Both the position numbers and the translations under genes were made by a program. The notes below the pieces were generated by a model, which saw only the letters and a list, made by a program, of their open reading frames with translations, did not search any database and had not been told where the DNA came from. Positions 31,708 through 43,292 of a stretch of DNA of 64,000 nt are shown here, piece after piece. Within the stretch, counting starts at the first letter, position 1; every line of letters begins with the position of its first letter. The DNA is from an uncultured Aliarcobacter sp. GTDB lineage: Bacteria; Campylobacterota; Campylobacteria; Campylobacterales; Arcobacteraceae. The stretch covers positions 3,040,001 through 3,104,000 of the forward strand of contig OY781945.1 in NCBI GenBank assembly GCA_963677435.1, written 5' to 3'.

Positions 31708-31796
31708 TCTATAACCCTATAAAATAATTTTAATACCTTTGATTATACCTTTTTTTATTAAATTTTCGATAAAATATAAACAATTAATAATGGAGG

Positions 31797-32855
31797 ATGA
31801 TATTGAGATATTTTTTATTAGTAACATTTTTATTATCATCTTTGTACTCACAAACTATCAAAGATATTTCAAATGTAATAGGGATTAGAGAAAATCAATT
31901 AATTGGTTATGGACTTATTGTTGGACTTGCAGGAACTGGTGACAAATCAAAATTTACAATGCAATCGTTACAAAACCTACTTAGGAATTCTTATATAAAA
32001 ATTCCTGCTGGTTCAATTAACTCTAAAAATATTGCAGCAGTTATGGTAACAGCTGAATTACCACCTTTTTCAAGACAAGGTGATAAGATCAAAGTTAAAG
32101 TATCAACAATTGGGGATGCAAAATCTGTTGATCATGGAGAACTTTTAATTACACAATTAAAAGGTGTTGATGGAAATGTATATGCACTAGCACAAGGAAC
32201 TATCCTTGCTAATGAAAACAATAAAACAACGGGTTTTATATATGATGGTGCAACTGTTGAAAATGAAATTAATTATGATTTAAGAGATGAAAAATCAATT
32301 CAATTAAGTCTTTATAAAAACTCAGCTAGAGATGCTGATTTAATTGAAACAAAAGTAAATGATAAATTTGGAAGAAAATTAGCAACTGCTCTTGATACAA
32401 GAACTGTTGAAATAATGAAACCTAGTAATATGTCAGTAGTAAAATTTATTTCTGTTGTACAAAATATTGAACTTGATGCTCAAATATTTAAAAAGAAAGT
32501 TATTATTGATATGTCTAGAGAATCAGTTATTACAGGTGGTGATATCCAAATTGATCCAGTAACAATTGCTAGACCTTCATTTTCAATTAGAATTGATAAA
32601 AGTGGTTTAAGCAACGAAGGCTGGAAAGACCCTGCTCAAAACCCAGGAGTCGATATTGGGGATAATGTAAAAATTGCAGATAAACCTGTTGTAAATATTG
32701 ATAATGCAATGATTAATACTAAAGCGCCTCCAACTATATCAGATTTAGTAAGAGCCATGAAAGTTATGAAACTACCAATGTCAGAAATTATTGACACTTT
32801 AAAAATGATTAAAGAAATGGGTGCCATTGATGTTGACATTGAAGTAAGAGGATAG
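31797..32855 (+). CDS. flgI: flagellar P-ring protein
   Basis: GIRENQLIGYGLIVGLAGTGD, NIAAVMVTAELPPF. Confidence 0.98.
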   Translation: MILRYFLLVTFLLSSLYSQTIKDISNVIGIRENQLIGYGLIVGLAGTGDKSKFTMQSLQNLLRNSYIKIPAGSINSKNIAAVMVTAELPPFSRQGDKIKVKVSTIGDAKSVDHGELLITQLKGVDGNVYALAQGTILANENNKTTGFIYDGATVENEINYDLRDEKSIQLSLYKNSARDADLIETKVNDKFGRKLATALDTRTVEIMKPSNMSVVKFISVVQNIELDAQIFKKKVIIDMSRESVITGGDIQIDPVTIARPSFSIRIDKSGLSNEGWKDPAQNPGVDIGDNVKIADKPVVNIDNAMINTKAPPTISDLVRAMKVMKLPMSEIIDTLKMIKEMGAIDVDIEVRG

Positions 32856-32856
32856 A

Positions 32857-33948
32857 ATGGCTGAATTTTTAAGTCAAGATGAAATTGATGCTCTTTTAGA
32901 TATTGCCGAACAGGGTGAAGATATTGAAACACCTATTGAGAGGATTGTTTCAAAAGAAAAAAATTATTCTATTTATGACTTTAAAAAACCAAATAGAATA
33001 TCAGCAGAGCAGTTAAAAGCCTTTTCTGCTATGCATGATAAGATGTTAAGAGATTTTATTAATGATTTATCTTCTATGCTTAGAAAAATTGTTGATGTAA
33101 AATTATACTCAATTGAGCAAATGACTTATGGGGAATTTATTTTATCAATCCCTCAAATTACTTCTTTAAATACTTTATCAATAAAACCACTTGATGGAAG
33201 AATAGTAATTGAGTGCAATCCTGCAATTTCACATAAAATTATTGCAGAGTTATTGGGTTCAGGTGCAGTTAATACAAGTGATAATATTGATAGAGAATTA
33301 ACAGAAATCGAAGTTGAGATACTTGAACATTTTTATAAAATGTTCATTAAAAATCTATACAAAACTTGGAGTGATATTTCAATTTTAAATTACAAAATTG
33401 AATCAAGAGATACAAATGCAAATGCTATACAAATTGTATCAGATCATGAGATTGTTTTACTTGTTGTTTTAGAAATTACAATTGATGAAGAATCAGGATT
33501 TTTATCTATTTGTTATCCTATCTCATATTATGAACCACTATTAAATAAAGTTGTTGAAAAAATATTTAGTGAAGGTAAAAATAGAAAATCTAGTAGAAAA
33601 AGAGATATTAAAACACTTATATCTGGTGCAAGAATGAGAATAGAAGCTATTATGGCAGAAACAGAATTAACAGCAAGAGATATAATAAATTTAAAAGTTG
33701 ATGATGTTATTGTATTTAATAAAAATGCAACTTCTTCATCTGCAACAATTTACATAAATAAAAAAGAGAAATTCTCTTCAATCTCTGGAATATCAAATAA
33801 TAGAAAAGCTATTCAAATAAGAGCAAATTTAGATAGAGAAAAACAAGAAACTTTAGACAATTTAAGAGCAATGAGAGAAGAAAGAGAAGTAAAAGCAAAA
33901 GAGATGTCTGAAAATATAAGAAAACTTTTAGAGCAGAAAGATAAATAA
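32857..33948 (+). CDS. fliM: flagellar motor switch protein FliM
   Basis: LSQDEIDALL CheY-binding peptide, YDFKKPNR, RELTEIE. Confidence 0.97.
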   Translation: MAEFLSQDEIDALLDIAEQGEDIETPIERIVSKEKNYSIYDFKKPNRISAEQLKAFSAMHDKMLRDFINDLSSMLRKIVDVKLYSIEQMTYGEFILSIPQITSLNTLSIKPLDGRIVIECNPAISHKIIAELLGSGAVNTSDNIDRELTEIEVEILEHFYKMFIKNLYKTWSDISILNYKIESRDTNANAIQIVSDHEIVLLVVLEITIDEESGFLSICYPISYYEPLLNKVVEKIFSEGKNRKSSRKRDIKTLISGARMRIEAIMAETELTARDIINLKVDDVIVFNKNATSSSATIYINKKEKFSSISGISNNRKAIQIRANLDREKQETLDNLRAMREEREVKAKEMSENIRKLLEQKDK

Positions 33949-33960
33949 ATTTATCTTTCT
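33935..33960. terminator. hairpin between convergent fliM and pyrC
   Basis: AGAAAGATAAAT-aa-ATTTATCTTTCT. Confidence 0.55.
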
Positions 33961-34990
33961 TAATTAATACTTTTAATACTCCAAGAAATAACTTCTCCTG
34001 CATACATAGGAATTACACTTTCATTTTTATATTCATAAGCAGTTGGAATTATAAAATCTTTTTTTATTAATTTTACTGTTTTATTTTCTAATTCTAAATT
34101 ATAAATTTTTTGTGCATTTAAAGAAACAAATTTATTTAAATTATCCAAACAATCATGTTTTTCAAAAAGTTCTGTTAATGCTTGTAAAGCAATTGGTGCA
34201 GTAAATACACCAGCAGCGCAACCACATGACTCTTTTTTATATTTAGGATGAGGAGCAGAATCACTTCCAAACATCAATTTTGGATGTGCTTTTAATGCAG
34301 CATCTAATAAAGCGCTTCTATCTTCTGGTCTTTTTGCAATTGGCTTACAAAATAAATGTGGATTTAACATACCACCAGCAACATCATCAAGTGTAATTAA
34401 TAAATGATGAAGAGTAACTGTTGCATATAAATTATCATATTTGTCAAGTAATTCTATTGCATCTTTTGTAGTTATATGTTCCATAATGATTTTAAGTTCA
34501 GGAAAAGCCACAGCTAAAGATTCATAAATAGGCATAAATTCTTTTTCTCTATCCATTACAAAACCATTTGTTTCACCATGGACACATAAAGGAATACCTA
34601 ATTTGCTCATTGATTCTAAAGTTGGTCTTAGAACTTCAATATCCATTGAAGAAACACCCGTTTCAGAGTTTGTTGTAACTCCAGCAGGATAAAGTTTTAT
34701 TCCTATAATTTCATCTTTTATATCATTTAAAAACTCAAAAGTATAATCATTTTTAAAAAATAAAGTAACAAAAGGTTCAAATTTATCATTGATACATGCT
34801 TCATTAATTCTTTGTTTATAAGATAATAAAGCTTCTTTTGTAGTAATAGGAGGTACTAAATTTGGCATAACTAATGCACCACTAAAAGTTTCAGAAGTTA
34901 GTGGTCCTACAAGACTTAGCATATCTGCATCTCTTAGATGAAGATGCATATCCAAAGGCTCGTGTATTTCAAAAGTAGAATTTTCTCCCA

Positions 34991-34991
<1 letters not shown>
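33960..34991 (-). CDS. pyrC: dihydroorotase
   Basis: [31 protein letters not shown]. Confidence 0.98.
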
Positions 34992-35347
<356 letters not shown>

Positions 35348-35382
35348 TTAGTATATTTTAACAAAATTTTTTTAAATTAATA

Positions 35383-36567
35383 TTAGAATGCTCGTTTAAA
35401 TTCAGGGTATGCTTCAATACCACACTCTTCAACATCTAATCCTTGCATCTCTTCATCACTTCCAGCTCTTAATGGCATAATTTTATTTATTATGTATAAC
35501 ACAATAAATGAACTAATAAAAGCAAATAAACCAATAAGTAAAATACCTTTTAACTGTCCAAGTAATGTAATTTTATCATTTGATGCAAAAATACCAACTG
35601 CAATTGTTCCCCAAATACCATTTAGTAAATGAACAGATAAGGCACCAACTGGATCATCAATCTTCATTTTATCAAAAAATGATACGCCAATTACAACTAA
35701 ACAACCACCAAATGCACCTATGAATATTGGCATATAAATGTCATATAAATCAGGCCCTGCTGTAATTGCAACTAATCCACCTAATGCACCATTTAAAATC
35801 ATTGTTAAATCTAGTTTTTTGTAAACTATTTGCATAATAATTGCAACCATTATAGCACCACTTAATCCTGCTGTATTTGTATTCATAATTGTAAGTGCAA
35901 CTAAATCTGCATTTTCTTTACTTGCAATTGATCCTACACTTCCACCATTAAATCCAAACCATCCAATCCATAATAAAAATGCACCTAAAGTTACAAGTGG
36001 AATATTTGAAGCGGGAAATACTCTTACTCCACCATCTTTTGTATATCTTCCCTTTCTAGCACCAATAATTAAAATTGCTGCTAATAAAGCCCATCCACCT
36101 GTACTATGTATTACAGTTGAACCTGCTAAATCATACATTGATAATTCTAATATTGTACCTTTAAGAAAATTCATTCCCCAAGTGATATTAACAACTAATG
36201 GGTAAAGAACTGATGCCATTACAACTGTAAACAAAGTAAGAGGAATTATCTTAGCTCTTTCACTAACTCCACCACTCATAATATTTACAACTTTTCCAAC
36301 AAATGCCATTTGAAATAAGAAAACTGCCCATTTACTCATTGTTTCGCTTCCAAATTCACCAAAAGCTAAAGAGTAACCAAACAATAAAAATGATAAAGAA
36401 GCAACTGCGTAAATAAGAGTATTTATTGTTAACACTGATGTAACATTTTTTGTTCTAACAATTCCAGCTTCCAGCATTGCAAAGCCAGGCACCATAAAAA
36501 TTATCAATGTCATTGCAAAAATTGCATACAAAGTGTTAATAATGTAAGAGATAGATTCCATACCCAT
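35383..36567 (-). CDS. amtB: ammonium transporter (Amt family), second and more divergent copy
   Basis: GFAMLEAG, DLAGSTVIH, WFGFNGGS, DDPVGALSVH. Confidence 0.95.
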   Translation of the reverse strand: MGMESISYIINTLYAIFAMTLIIFMVPGFAMLEAGIVRTKNVTSVLTINTLIYAVASLSFLLFGYSLAFGEFGSETMSKWAVFLFQMAFVGKVVNIMSGGVSERAKIIPLTLFTVVMASVLYPLVVNITWGMNFLKGTILELSMYDLAGSTVIHSTGGWALLAAILIIGARKGRYTKDGGVRVFPASNIPLVTLGAFLLWIGWFGFNGGSVGSIASKENADLVALTIMNTNTAGLSGAIMVAIIMQIVYKKLDLTMILNGALGGLVAITAGPDLYDIYMPIFIGAFGGCLVVIGVSFFDKMKIDDPVGALSVHLLNGIWGTIAVGIFASNDKITLLGQLKGILLIGLFAFISSFIVLYIINKIMPLRAGSDEEMQGLDVEECGIEAYPEFKRAF

Positions 36568-36591
36568 AAATATCCTTTATTTTTTTAGGAT

Positions 36592-36597
36592 ATTATA
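36592..36597 (-). promoter_or_regulatory. extended -10 (TGtTATAAT) for the second amt gene
   Basis: Minus strand TGTTATAAT, with TATAAT 24 bp upstream of the ATG. Confidence 0.7.
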
Positions 36598-36628
36598 ACA
36601 GTATAGAAAATATATATAAAAAACTTAT

Positions 36629-36645
36629 TGTATAAAATATATACA
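36629..36645. promoter_or_regulatory. palindromic operator TGTATA-AAATA-TATACA (N-box 1)
   Basis: Perfect dyad (extends to ATTGTATA/TATACAAT); 31 bp upstream of TATAAT. Confidence 0.8.
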
Positions 36646-36670
36646 ATCAAAGGAAAAATATCCCTTTGAT
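36646..36670 (-). terminator. hairpin after the first P-II gene
   Basis: ATCAAAGG-N9-CCTTTGAT. Confidence 0.55.
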
Positions 36671-36676
36671 GTAAAA

Positions 36677-38244
<1,568 letters not shown>

Positions 38245-38310
38245 AAGACTCCTTTGTCAAATAATCTGTTTAAATTATATAAATTTTATATCATATTGTA
38301 TATATTTAAC

Positions 38311-38327
38311 TGTTTATTTTATATACA
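38311..38327. promoter_or_regulatory. operator TGTTTA-TTTTA-TATACA (N-box 2)
   Basis: One mismatch to the dyad; 31 bp upstream of minus-strand TATAAT at 38279-38274. Confidence 0.75.
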
Positions 38328-38406
38328 ATTAAAGGTTTTTGTATATTAGTTAAAACTTAAAGGAAGAAATTAAATATTTATTATATAATCACAAATAAAT
38401 TATATT

Positions 38407-40353
38407 ATGAAAGTATTGGTTAGTAAAATGTTCAAAGGCCTCTTAAATAAGTCGAAAGCTACAGAAGAAGATTTTTTAAAAGAATTATTAAATCCTAATA
38501 TGAATAGTGAGAAATTAAATAAAATCTATCGTGAAGTAGATTTAAATTTAGATGAGTTGTATTTTAATGATGAATTAGTTCTACATTACTGCTGTAAAAA
38601 AGATTTATTTCAATCTGTAATCTGGCTTATTTCTAATGGAATCAATATTGAAGTAGAAAACTCACAAAAAGAGACTGCAATTTTTTATGCAATTCATTCA
38701 AAAAGTAGTGCTATATTACAAACATTAATTGACAATAAAATTGATATAAATCATTTAAATATTCATAATAGAACTGCCCTTCAAGATGCTGTAATTAGTG
38801 CAAATAATCGTATTGTTACATATTTATTACAAGTTACAAAAAATTTGGGTAATTGTGATATTCATGGAAATAATCTAATTTTTGATGCAATAGCAAATGG
38901 GAACATTGAAATTATAAAAAAAATTGGTTCATTAAAAGAAGTTAATATAAATCAAGTTAACTTAGATGGAAATACAATTTTACATAAAGAGATAGTTTTA
39001 AAAAATAATGATCTTGCTTTATTACTTATGGATTTAGGTGCTAATCCAACAATTTTAGATAAACATGGAAAAAACTTTTTATTTTATGCAATATCAAAAG
39101 GTATAAATAATATTAATATTATTCATAAAGCTGTTAGTTTAGGTTGTGATATAAATAGTAGAAGTGGTGCAAATAAAACACTTTTAATGGAGTCTATAAC
39201 TAATTTTTTAAAAACTCCTAAAGATAATACTGAATTAAAAGCAGCTCATTTAGAAATGATAAAAGAGTTAATACAACTAGGTGTGAATGTAGATGCACTT
39301 GATAATAACAATGAAAATGCTTTCTTTTTAGTTACAAGAAGTGAAGATAGAGACTTAATAAATAGTTTTCTAGAAAATTGTAAAGTAAATTTTAATCATC
39401 AAAATAATCAAGGAGATACTGTTTTATTAATTCTTGTATTAAATGGTATTAGAAATAGTGATTTAATTAGATTATATTTAGAAAGAGGTGCAAATCCTGA
39501 TTTAGAGAATAAAACAGGAAAAACAATAATTGAAATACTAATTGACATTATATTATATTCAGAAAATAGAAAACCTTTAGATTTTGAATATGAAATATCA
39601 CTAAATGAAGATGCTGAATATGCCAATGTATTAGAAAATATTTTAAGAAATCACAATGTAGATATCAATAAATTGAATTCAAGAGGTGAACCTTTATTTT
39701 TTGATGCAATTGTTCATTTTAATTTTAAGCTATTTAAATTATTAAGAACAAAATCTATTAATTTAAACCAAAGAGATAAAGATGGCAATAATATCATTTT
39801 TAAACTCATGGACTACAACAATAAAAACTTAATTAAAGATAAAAAACTTTATTTAAACACTATAAAAAGTCTTATAAATGCAGGTGTTGATATAAATGCA
39901 AAAAATAATGAAGGATTAACTGCTCTTCATATTGCAGTTGGAGAAAAATGTGAATATACAATTAGGCTTCTTTTAGAAATGAGAGCAGATTGTTTTATTA
40001 CAGATAGGCAAGGTAGAAGTATTATTCATACTTGTATTTGGAAAAATACAACTAAATATTTTAGATTACTTCACCATTATAATAGTGAAATAGTAAATCT
40101 TCCTGATAGATATGGAATTAGACCTATTAATTATGCAGCATTTATGGGAAAAAAAGATTTGGTTATTGAAATGCTAGATGTGGGAGCATTAATTAATAAC
40201 CCATTAAAAAAAGATCCTAAAATATTACAATTTCTTGAAAAGTTTCATCCAAATATCGTAAATTTAACTAAAGATATACATAGTGAAATAGACATGGTTA
40301 ATTTAAGATTATTAGCAGATAATATGCAAAAAGAGTTTAATATTAAAAAATAA
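38407..40353 (+). CDS. ankyrin-repeat protein
   Basis: Many repeats of the type GNTILH / GLTALHIA / GANP / GVDINAKN; start could be ATG 38428. Confidence 0.9.
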   Translation: MKVLVSKMFKGLLNKSKATEEDFLKELLNPNMNSEKLNKIYREVDLNLDELYFNDELVLHYCCKKDLFQSVIWLISNGINIEVENSQKETAIFYAIHSKSSAILQTLIDNKIDINHLNIHNRTALQDAVISANNRIVTYLLQVTKNLGNCDIHGNNLIFDAIANGNIEIIKKIGSLKEVNINQVNLDGNTILHKEIVLKNNDLALLLMDLGANPTILDKHGKNFLFYAISKGINNINIIHKAVSLGCDINSRSGANKTLLMESITNFLKTPKDNTELKAAHLEMIKELIQLGVNVDALDNNNENAFFLVTRSEDRDLINSFLENCKVNFNHQNNQGDTVLLILVLNGIRNSDLIRLYLERGANPDLENKTGKTIIEILIDIILYSENRKPLDFEYEISLNEDAEYANVLENILRNHNVDINKLNSRGEPLFFDAIVHFNFKLFKLLRTKSINLNQRDKDGNNIIFKLMDYNNKNLIKDKKLYLNTIKSLINAGVDINAKNNEGLTALHIAVGEKCEYTIRLLLEMRADCFITDRQGRSIIHTCIWKNTTKYFRLLHHYNSEIVNLPDRYGIRPINYAAFMGKKDLVIEMLDVGALINNPLKKDPKILQFLEKFHPNIVNLTKDIHSEIDMVNLRLLADNMQKEFNIKK

Positions 40354-40367
40354 TATACTATAAACAT

Positions 40368-40384
40368 TGCATATATTATATACA
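40368..40384. promoter_or_regulatory. operator TGCATA-TATTA-TATACA (N-box 3)
   Basis: One mismatch to the dyad; 31 bp upstream of TATAAT at 40416-40421. Confidence 0.72.
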
Positions 40385-40447
40385 GCTATATTCTAGATAA
40401 TTCTGATTATTTTTATATAATATGATAAAAAATATACAGGATTCAAA

Positions 40448-41320
40448 GTGAAAGAGTTTTTTGAAACATATATACAACACCAAGAAGATATAGAATATTT
40501 TTTACAAGAGAGTTTAAAAAATTCTGGTAATTTAGCAAACCATAAAAAAAATGATTTTAAACAACTTTATAAAATATTCCCCTATTTAGAACTTATTTAT
40601 ATTGTTAATAAAGACACTAAAATTCAAACCTCAAACAATTTTTATAAATTTAAAGTAGATGAAAATGCAATTGGTAAAGATAGATCTCATCTAATTTCAA
40701 AGTTACATTTTAAAGAGTCTAATATAGCATTTTCAACTCCTTATATTAGTAGTGCAACAAGTAGTAATTGTGTTACAGTAACTATAAAAGAAGGTGATGA
40801 AATATTTTTCTTAGATTTTCAAATTGATATTCTATTACAAAAATTAAATCTAATAGAACTAAATAAGCCTTTCCATAGTATTACAAAAGCTTTTTATGTA
40901 ATAGCAGGTTTTTCAATGATGGTATTAGCTTTAATAACTATCATATTTTCATTGTATGATTTTATTGCTTATTTATTTTCTATACATGATTTATCTTTAG
41001 AGATGATATTTAAACCTATTATTGCCCTAACTTTGAGTATAGCAATTTTTGATTTAGCAAAAACCATATTGGAACAAGAAGTATTTTTTAAATCATATTC
41101 TAAAAATTCAAAATTAGAAACGAAGATTTTAACAAAATTTTTAACAACTATTATTATTGCTCTTTCAATAGAAGCCTTAATTGTTGTATTTAAAATTGCA
41201 ATTAATGATTATGACCAAATGATAAATGCCTTTTATTTAATTGCTGGTATTGCCTTAATACTTATTTCTTTAACAGTATTTATTTATTACTCAACAAAAA
41301 AAGATAAACACAATCAATAA
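40448..41320 (+). CDS. membrane protein with N-terminal PDC/Cache-like domain and about four C-terminal TMs
   Basis: GKDRSH...STPYISSATSSNCVTV is Cache-like; hydrophobic C-terminal half with AIFDLAKTILEQEV and ALSIEAL. Confidence 0.8.
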   Translation: MKEFFETYIQHQEDIEYFLQESLKNSGNLANHKKNDFKQLYKIFPYLELIYIVNKDTKIQTSNNFYKFKVDENAIGKDRSHLISKLHFKESNIAFSTPYISSATSSNCVTVTIKEGDEIFFLDFQIDILLQKLNLIELNKPFHSITKAFYVIAGFSMMVLALITIIFSLYDFIAYLFSIHDLSLEMIFKPIIALTLSIAIFDLAKTILEQEVFFKSYSKNSKLETKILTKFLTTIIIALSIEALIVVFKIAINDYDQMINAFYLIAGIALILISLTVFIYYSTKKDKHNQ

Positions 41321-41325
41321 GTTTT

Positions 41326-41367
41326 TCTCTTACAAAATGTCATCTAAAAATTTTATTTTGTAAGAGA
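41326..41367. terminator. hairpin between convergent genes
   Basis: TCTCTTACAAAAT-N16-ATTTTGTAAGAGA, 13-bp perfect arms. Confidence 0.6.
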
Positions 41368-43113
41368 TTAATCTAGTGGAATACTTAATTTAAATAATGC
41401 ACCTTTTAACTCTTTATCATTATAAGTATATTCTTCATTAAATACTTCAATAGTACCTTTTATATGTTTTACAATAATTTCTTGTGACATATAAAGACCA
41501 ATTCCTGTGCCTTTACTTTTATGTTTTGTTGTAAAATATGGTTCAAAGATTCTATCTATTATCTCATCTTTTATTCCACCTGCACTATCTTTTATTTTAA
41601 TAATTAAAAAGTTAGTATCTTTATATACATCAATAAAAATTAATCGTTCCTTCTCATTTTCAACTTTGCACAATTCATCTTTTGCATTATTCAAAATATT
41701 AATAATCACTTGTGATAATTCATTTTCAAAACTATATACTGTAAATTCTTCTATACTTTTAACTATTTTAATATTTTTATTTGAAAAATCTATACTAACC
41801 ATATTGAGACATCTTTTTGATAATACTTTTGTATTAAATAGGTTTTTCTCATTATTTGGAGAAAAATAATATCTAAAATCATCAATTGTATTTGATAAGT
41901 AATTTGCAGTATCAATAATATGAACTAATGCTTCTTCGTTTTCTTTATCATCCAAAACACCATACTCTTTTTTTAATTTTAATGATGAGGCAACTGTTGT
42001 AATAACTGATAAAGGTTGTCTCCATTGATGGGCAATATTTCCTATCATTTCTCCCATTGCAGCCATCTTATTTTGTTGAAATAAAGCCAGATTTTTTTCA
42101 TCATTTTTTGAGATTTCATCACTAACTGTTTTTTGTAAAAATATATTTAGTTCTTTTAATTTTCTTGAGTATACGAAATATCCTATTAGAAAAATTGTTG
42201 TGCATAAAAGTACTACAAAAAAAGTCAAATACCAAAAAGAGTGTATTTTAAACAATTCTATTTCAGAAATATCTATTGTATTTAATTTCTTTACAATTAA
42301 AAAATTTGCTAATTTCTTTGATGATTGAAATATTGGAATATTTATAATAAAGTAGCCATCTTTTATTATATATTCTTCTGATTCAAATATTGTTTCTAAA
42401 TCTTGTTTTTCCAAATATTTTAAACTCTTTTCACTTGCAGAAATATTTGCAACATAAAAATCTTTTAGAAAAATTTTAGAAAAATTATTTTCCTTTAACT
42501 GCTTTGTAAATTCTTTTTGAACTATAACAAAAGAATCTAAATTATCAGAAGTTTCTAAAGATTTAGTTATTGAATTAAAATGTGTGATAATTTCTAAAAT
42601 ACCTATAAATTGTCTATTATAATAAACTGGAACAATAGATTTAAAAGTAATATCATATTTACCTATACTAATAGTACTTTCTGTTTTAGGATTTTTATAT
42701 AACTCTTGTAAATCTATTCTGACATTTTTTATTTTATCAAATTTATCTGCTGTCCAGCTTCTATAGATTGAAATTCCATCTTTATCAACTAAATGAAACC
42801 AAACATTTTTAAAATCTGTATTATCTTTTAATTTTTTTGACAAGTCGACTAAATCATAAGAACTACGATTTAATAATGCATCTTTTATTTTTTCATTTTC
42901 TGCAAGAGTTATTGCTATTGATAATGTAGCATTTTGTTTGGTATGAATTAAAGAATTTACTTTTTCTATTAGATTAATTGAAAGATTACTATATTTTTTC
43001 TCAAATAATTGTTTTTCTTTTCCAAGAATAAAATATATTCCCATGAATATTGAAACTAATAGAGTTAAAACAGATAAAACAATTATAAAAAGCATATATT
43101 TATTTTTTTTCAT
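41368..43113 (-). CDS. membrane sensor histidine kinase with extracytoplasmic Cache-like domain
   Basis: Two TMs, H-box IAHQWRQPL, N-box NILNNAKD, DSAGGI, GTGIGL. Confidence 0.94.
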   Translation of the reverse strand: MKKNKYMLFIIVLSVLTLLVSIFMGIYFILGKEKQLFEKKYSNLSINLIEKVNSLIHTKQNATLSIAITLAENEKIKDALLNRSSYDLVDLSKKLKDNTDFKNVWFHLVDKDGISIYRSWTADKFDKIKNVRIDLQELYKNPKTESTISIGKYDITFKSIVPVYYNRQFIGILEIITHFNSITKSLETSDNLDSFVIVQKEFTKQLKENNFSKIFLKDFYVANISASEKSLKYLEKQDLETIFESEEYIIKDGYFIINIPIFQSSKKLANFLIVKKLNTIDISEIELFKIHSFWYLTFFVVLLCTTIFLIGYFVYSRKLKELNIFLQKTVSDEISKNDEKNLALFQQNKMAAMGEMIGNIAHQWRQPLSVITTVASSLKLKKEYGVLDDKENEEALVHIIDTANYLSNTIDDFRYYFSPNNEKNLFNTKVLSKRCLNMVSIDFSNKNIKIVKSIEEFTVYSFENELSQVIINILNNAKDELCKVENEKERLIFIDVYKDTNFLIIKIKDSAGGIKDEIIDRIFEPYFTTKHKSKGTGIGLYMSQEIIVKHIKGTIEVFNEEYTYNDKELKGALFKLSIPLD

Positions 43114-43192
43114 CTTTCTTCTTTATTGTATTTTCTTTTATTATTACACAATTTAGATTAAAGAAATTATTTTTTATTAATTTTGAGAAGAT

Positions 43193-43209
43193 TGTCTATT
43201 TTATATACA
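43193..43209. promoter_or_regulatory. operator TGTCTA-TTTTA-TATACA (N-box 4)
   Basis: One mismatch to the dyad; 30 bp upstream of TATAAT at 43240-43245. Confidence 0.75.
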
Positions 43210-43292
43210 GAAATATAGGATTTTTTTATTTTTATACAGTATAATATTTTTTAATCTGATAAAGTTATGATTGAAAAAAGAGGTGGTATATT

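Noticed and set aside
40422..40438. Extra TATACA half-site next to the SD of the 40448 gene
   Set aside because: The left half (ATGATA) matches poorly and the spacing fits neither the -52 nor the 29-bp pattern
41368..43113. Calling this kinase NtrB
   Set aside because: It is membrane-bound with an extracytoplasmic sensor, and the adjacent regulator has no receiver domain
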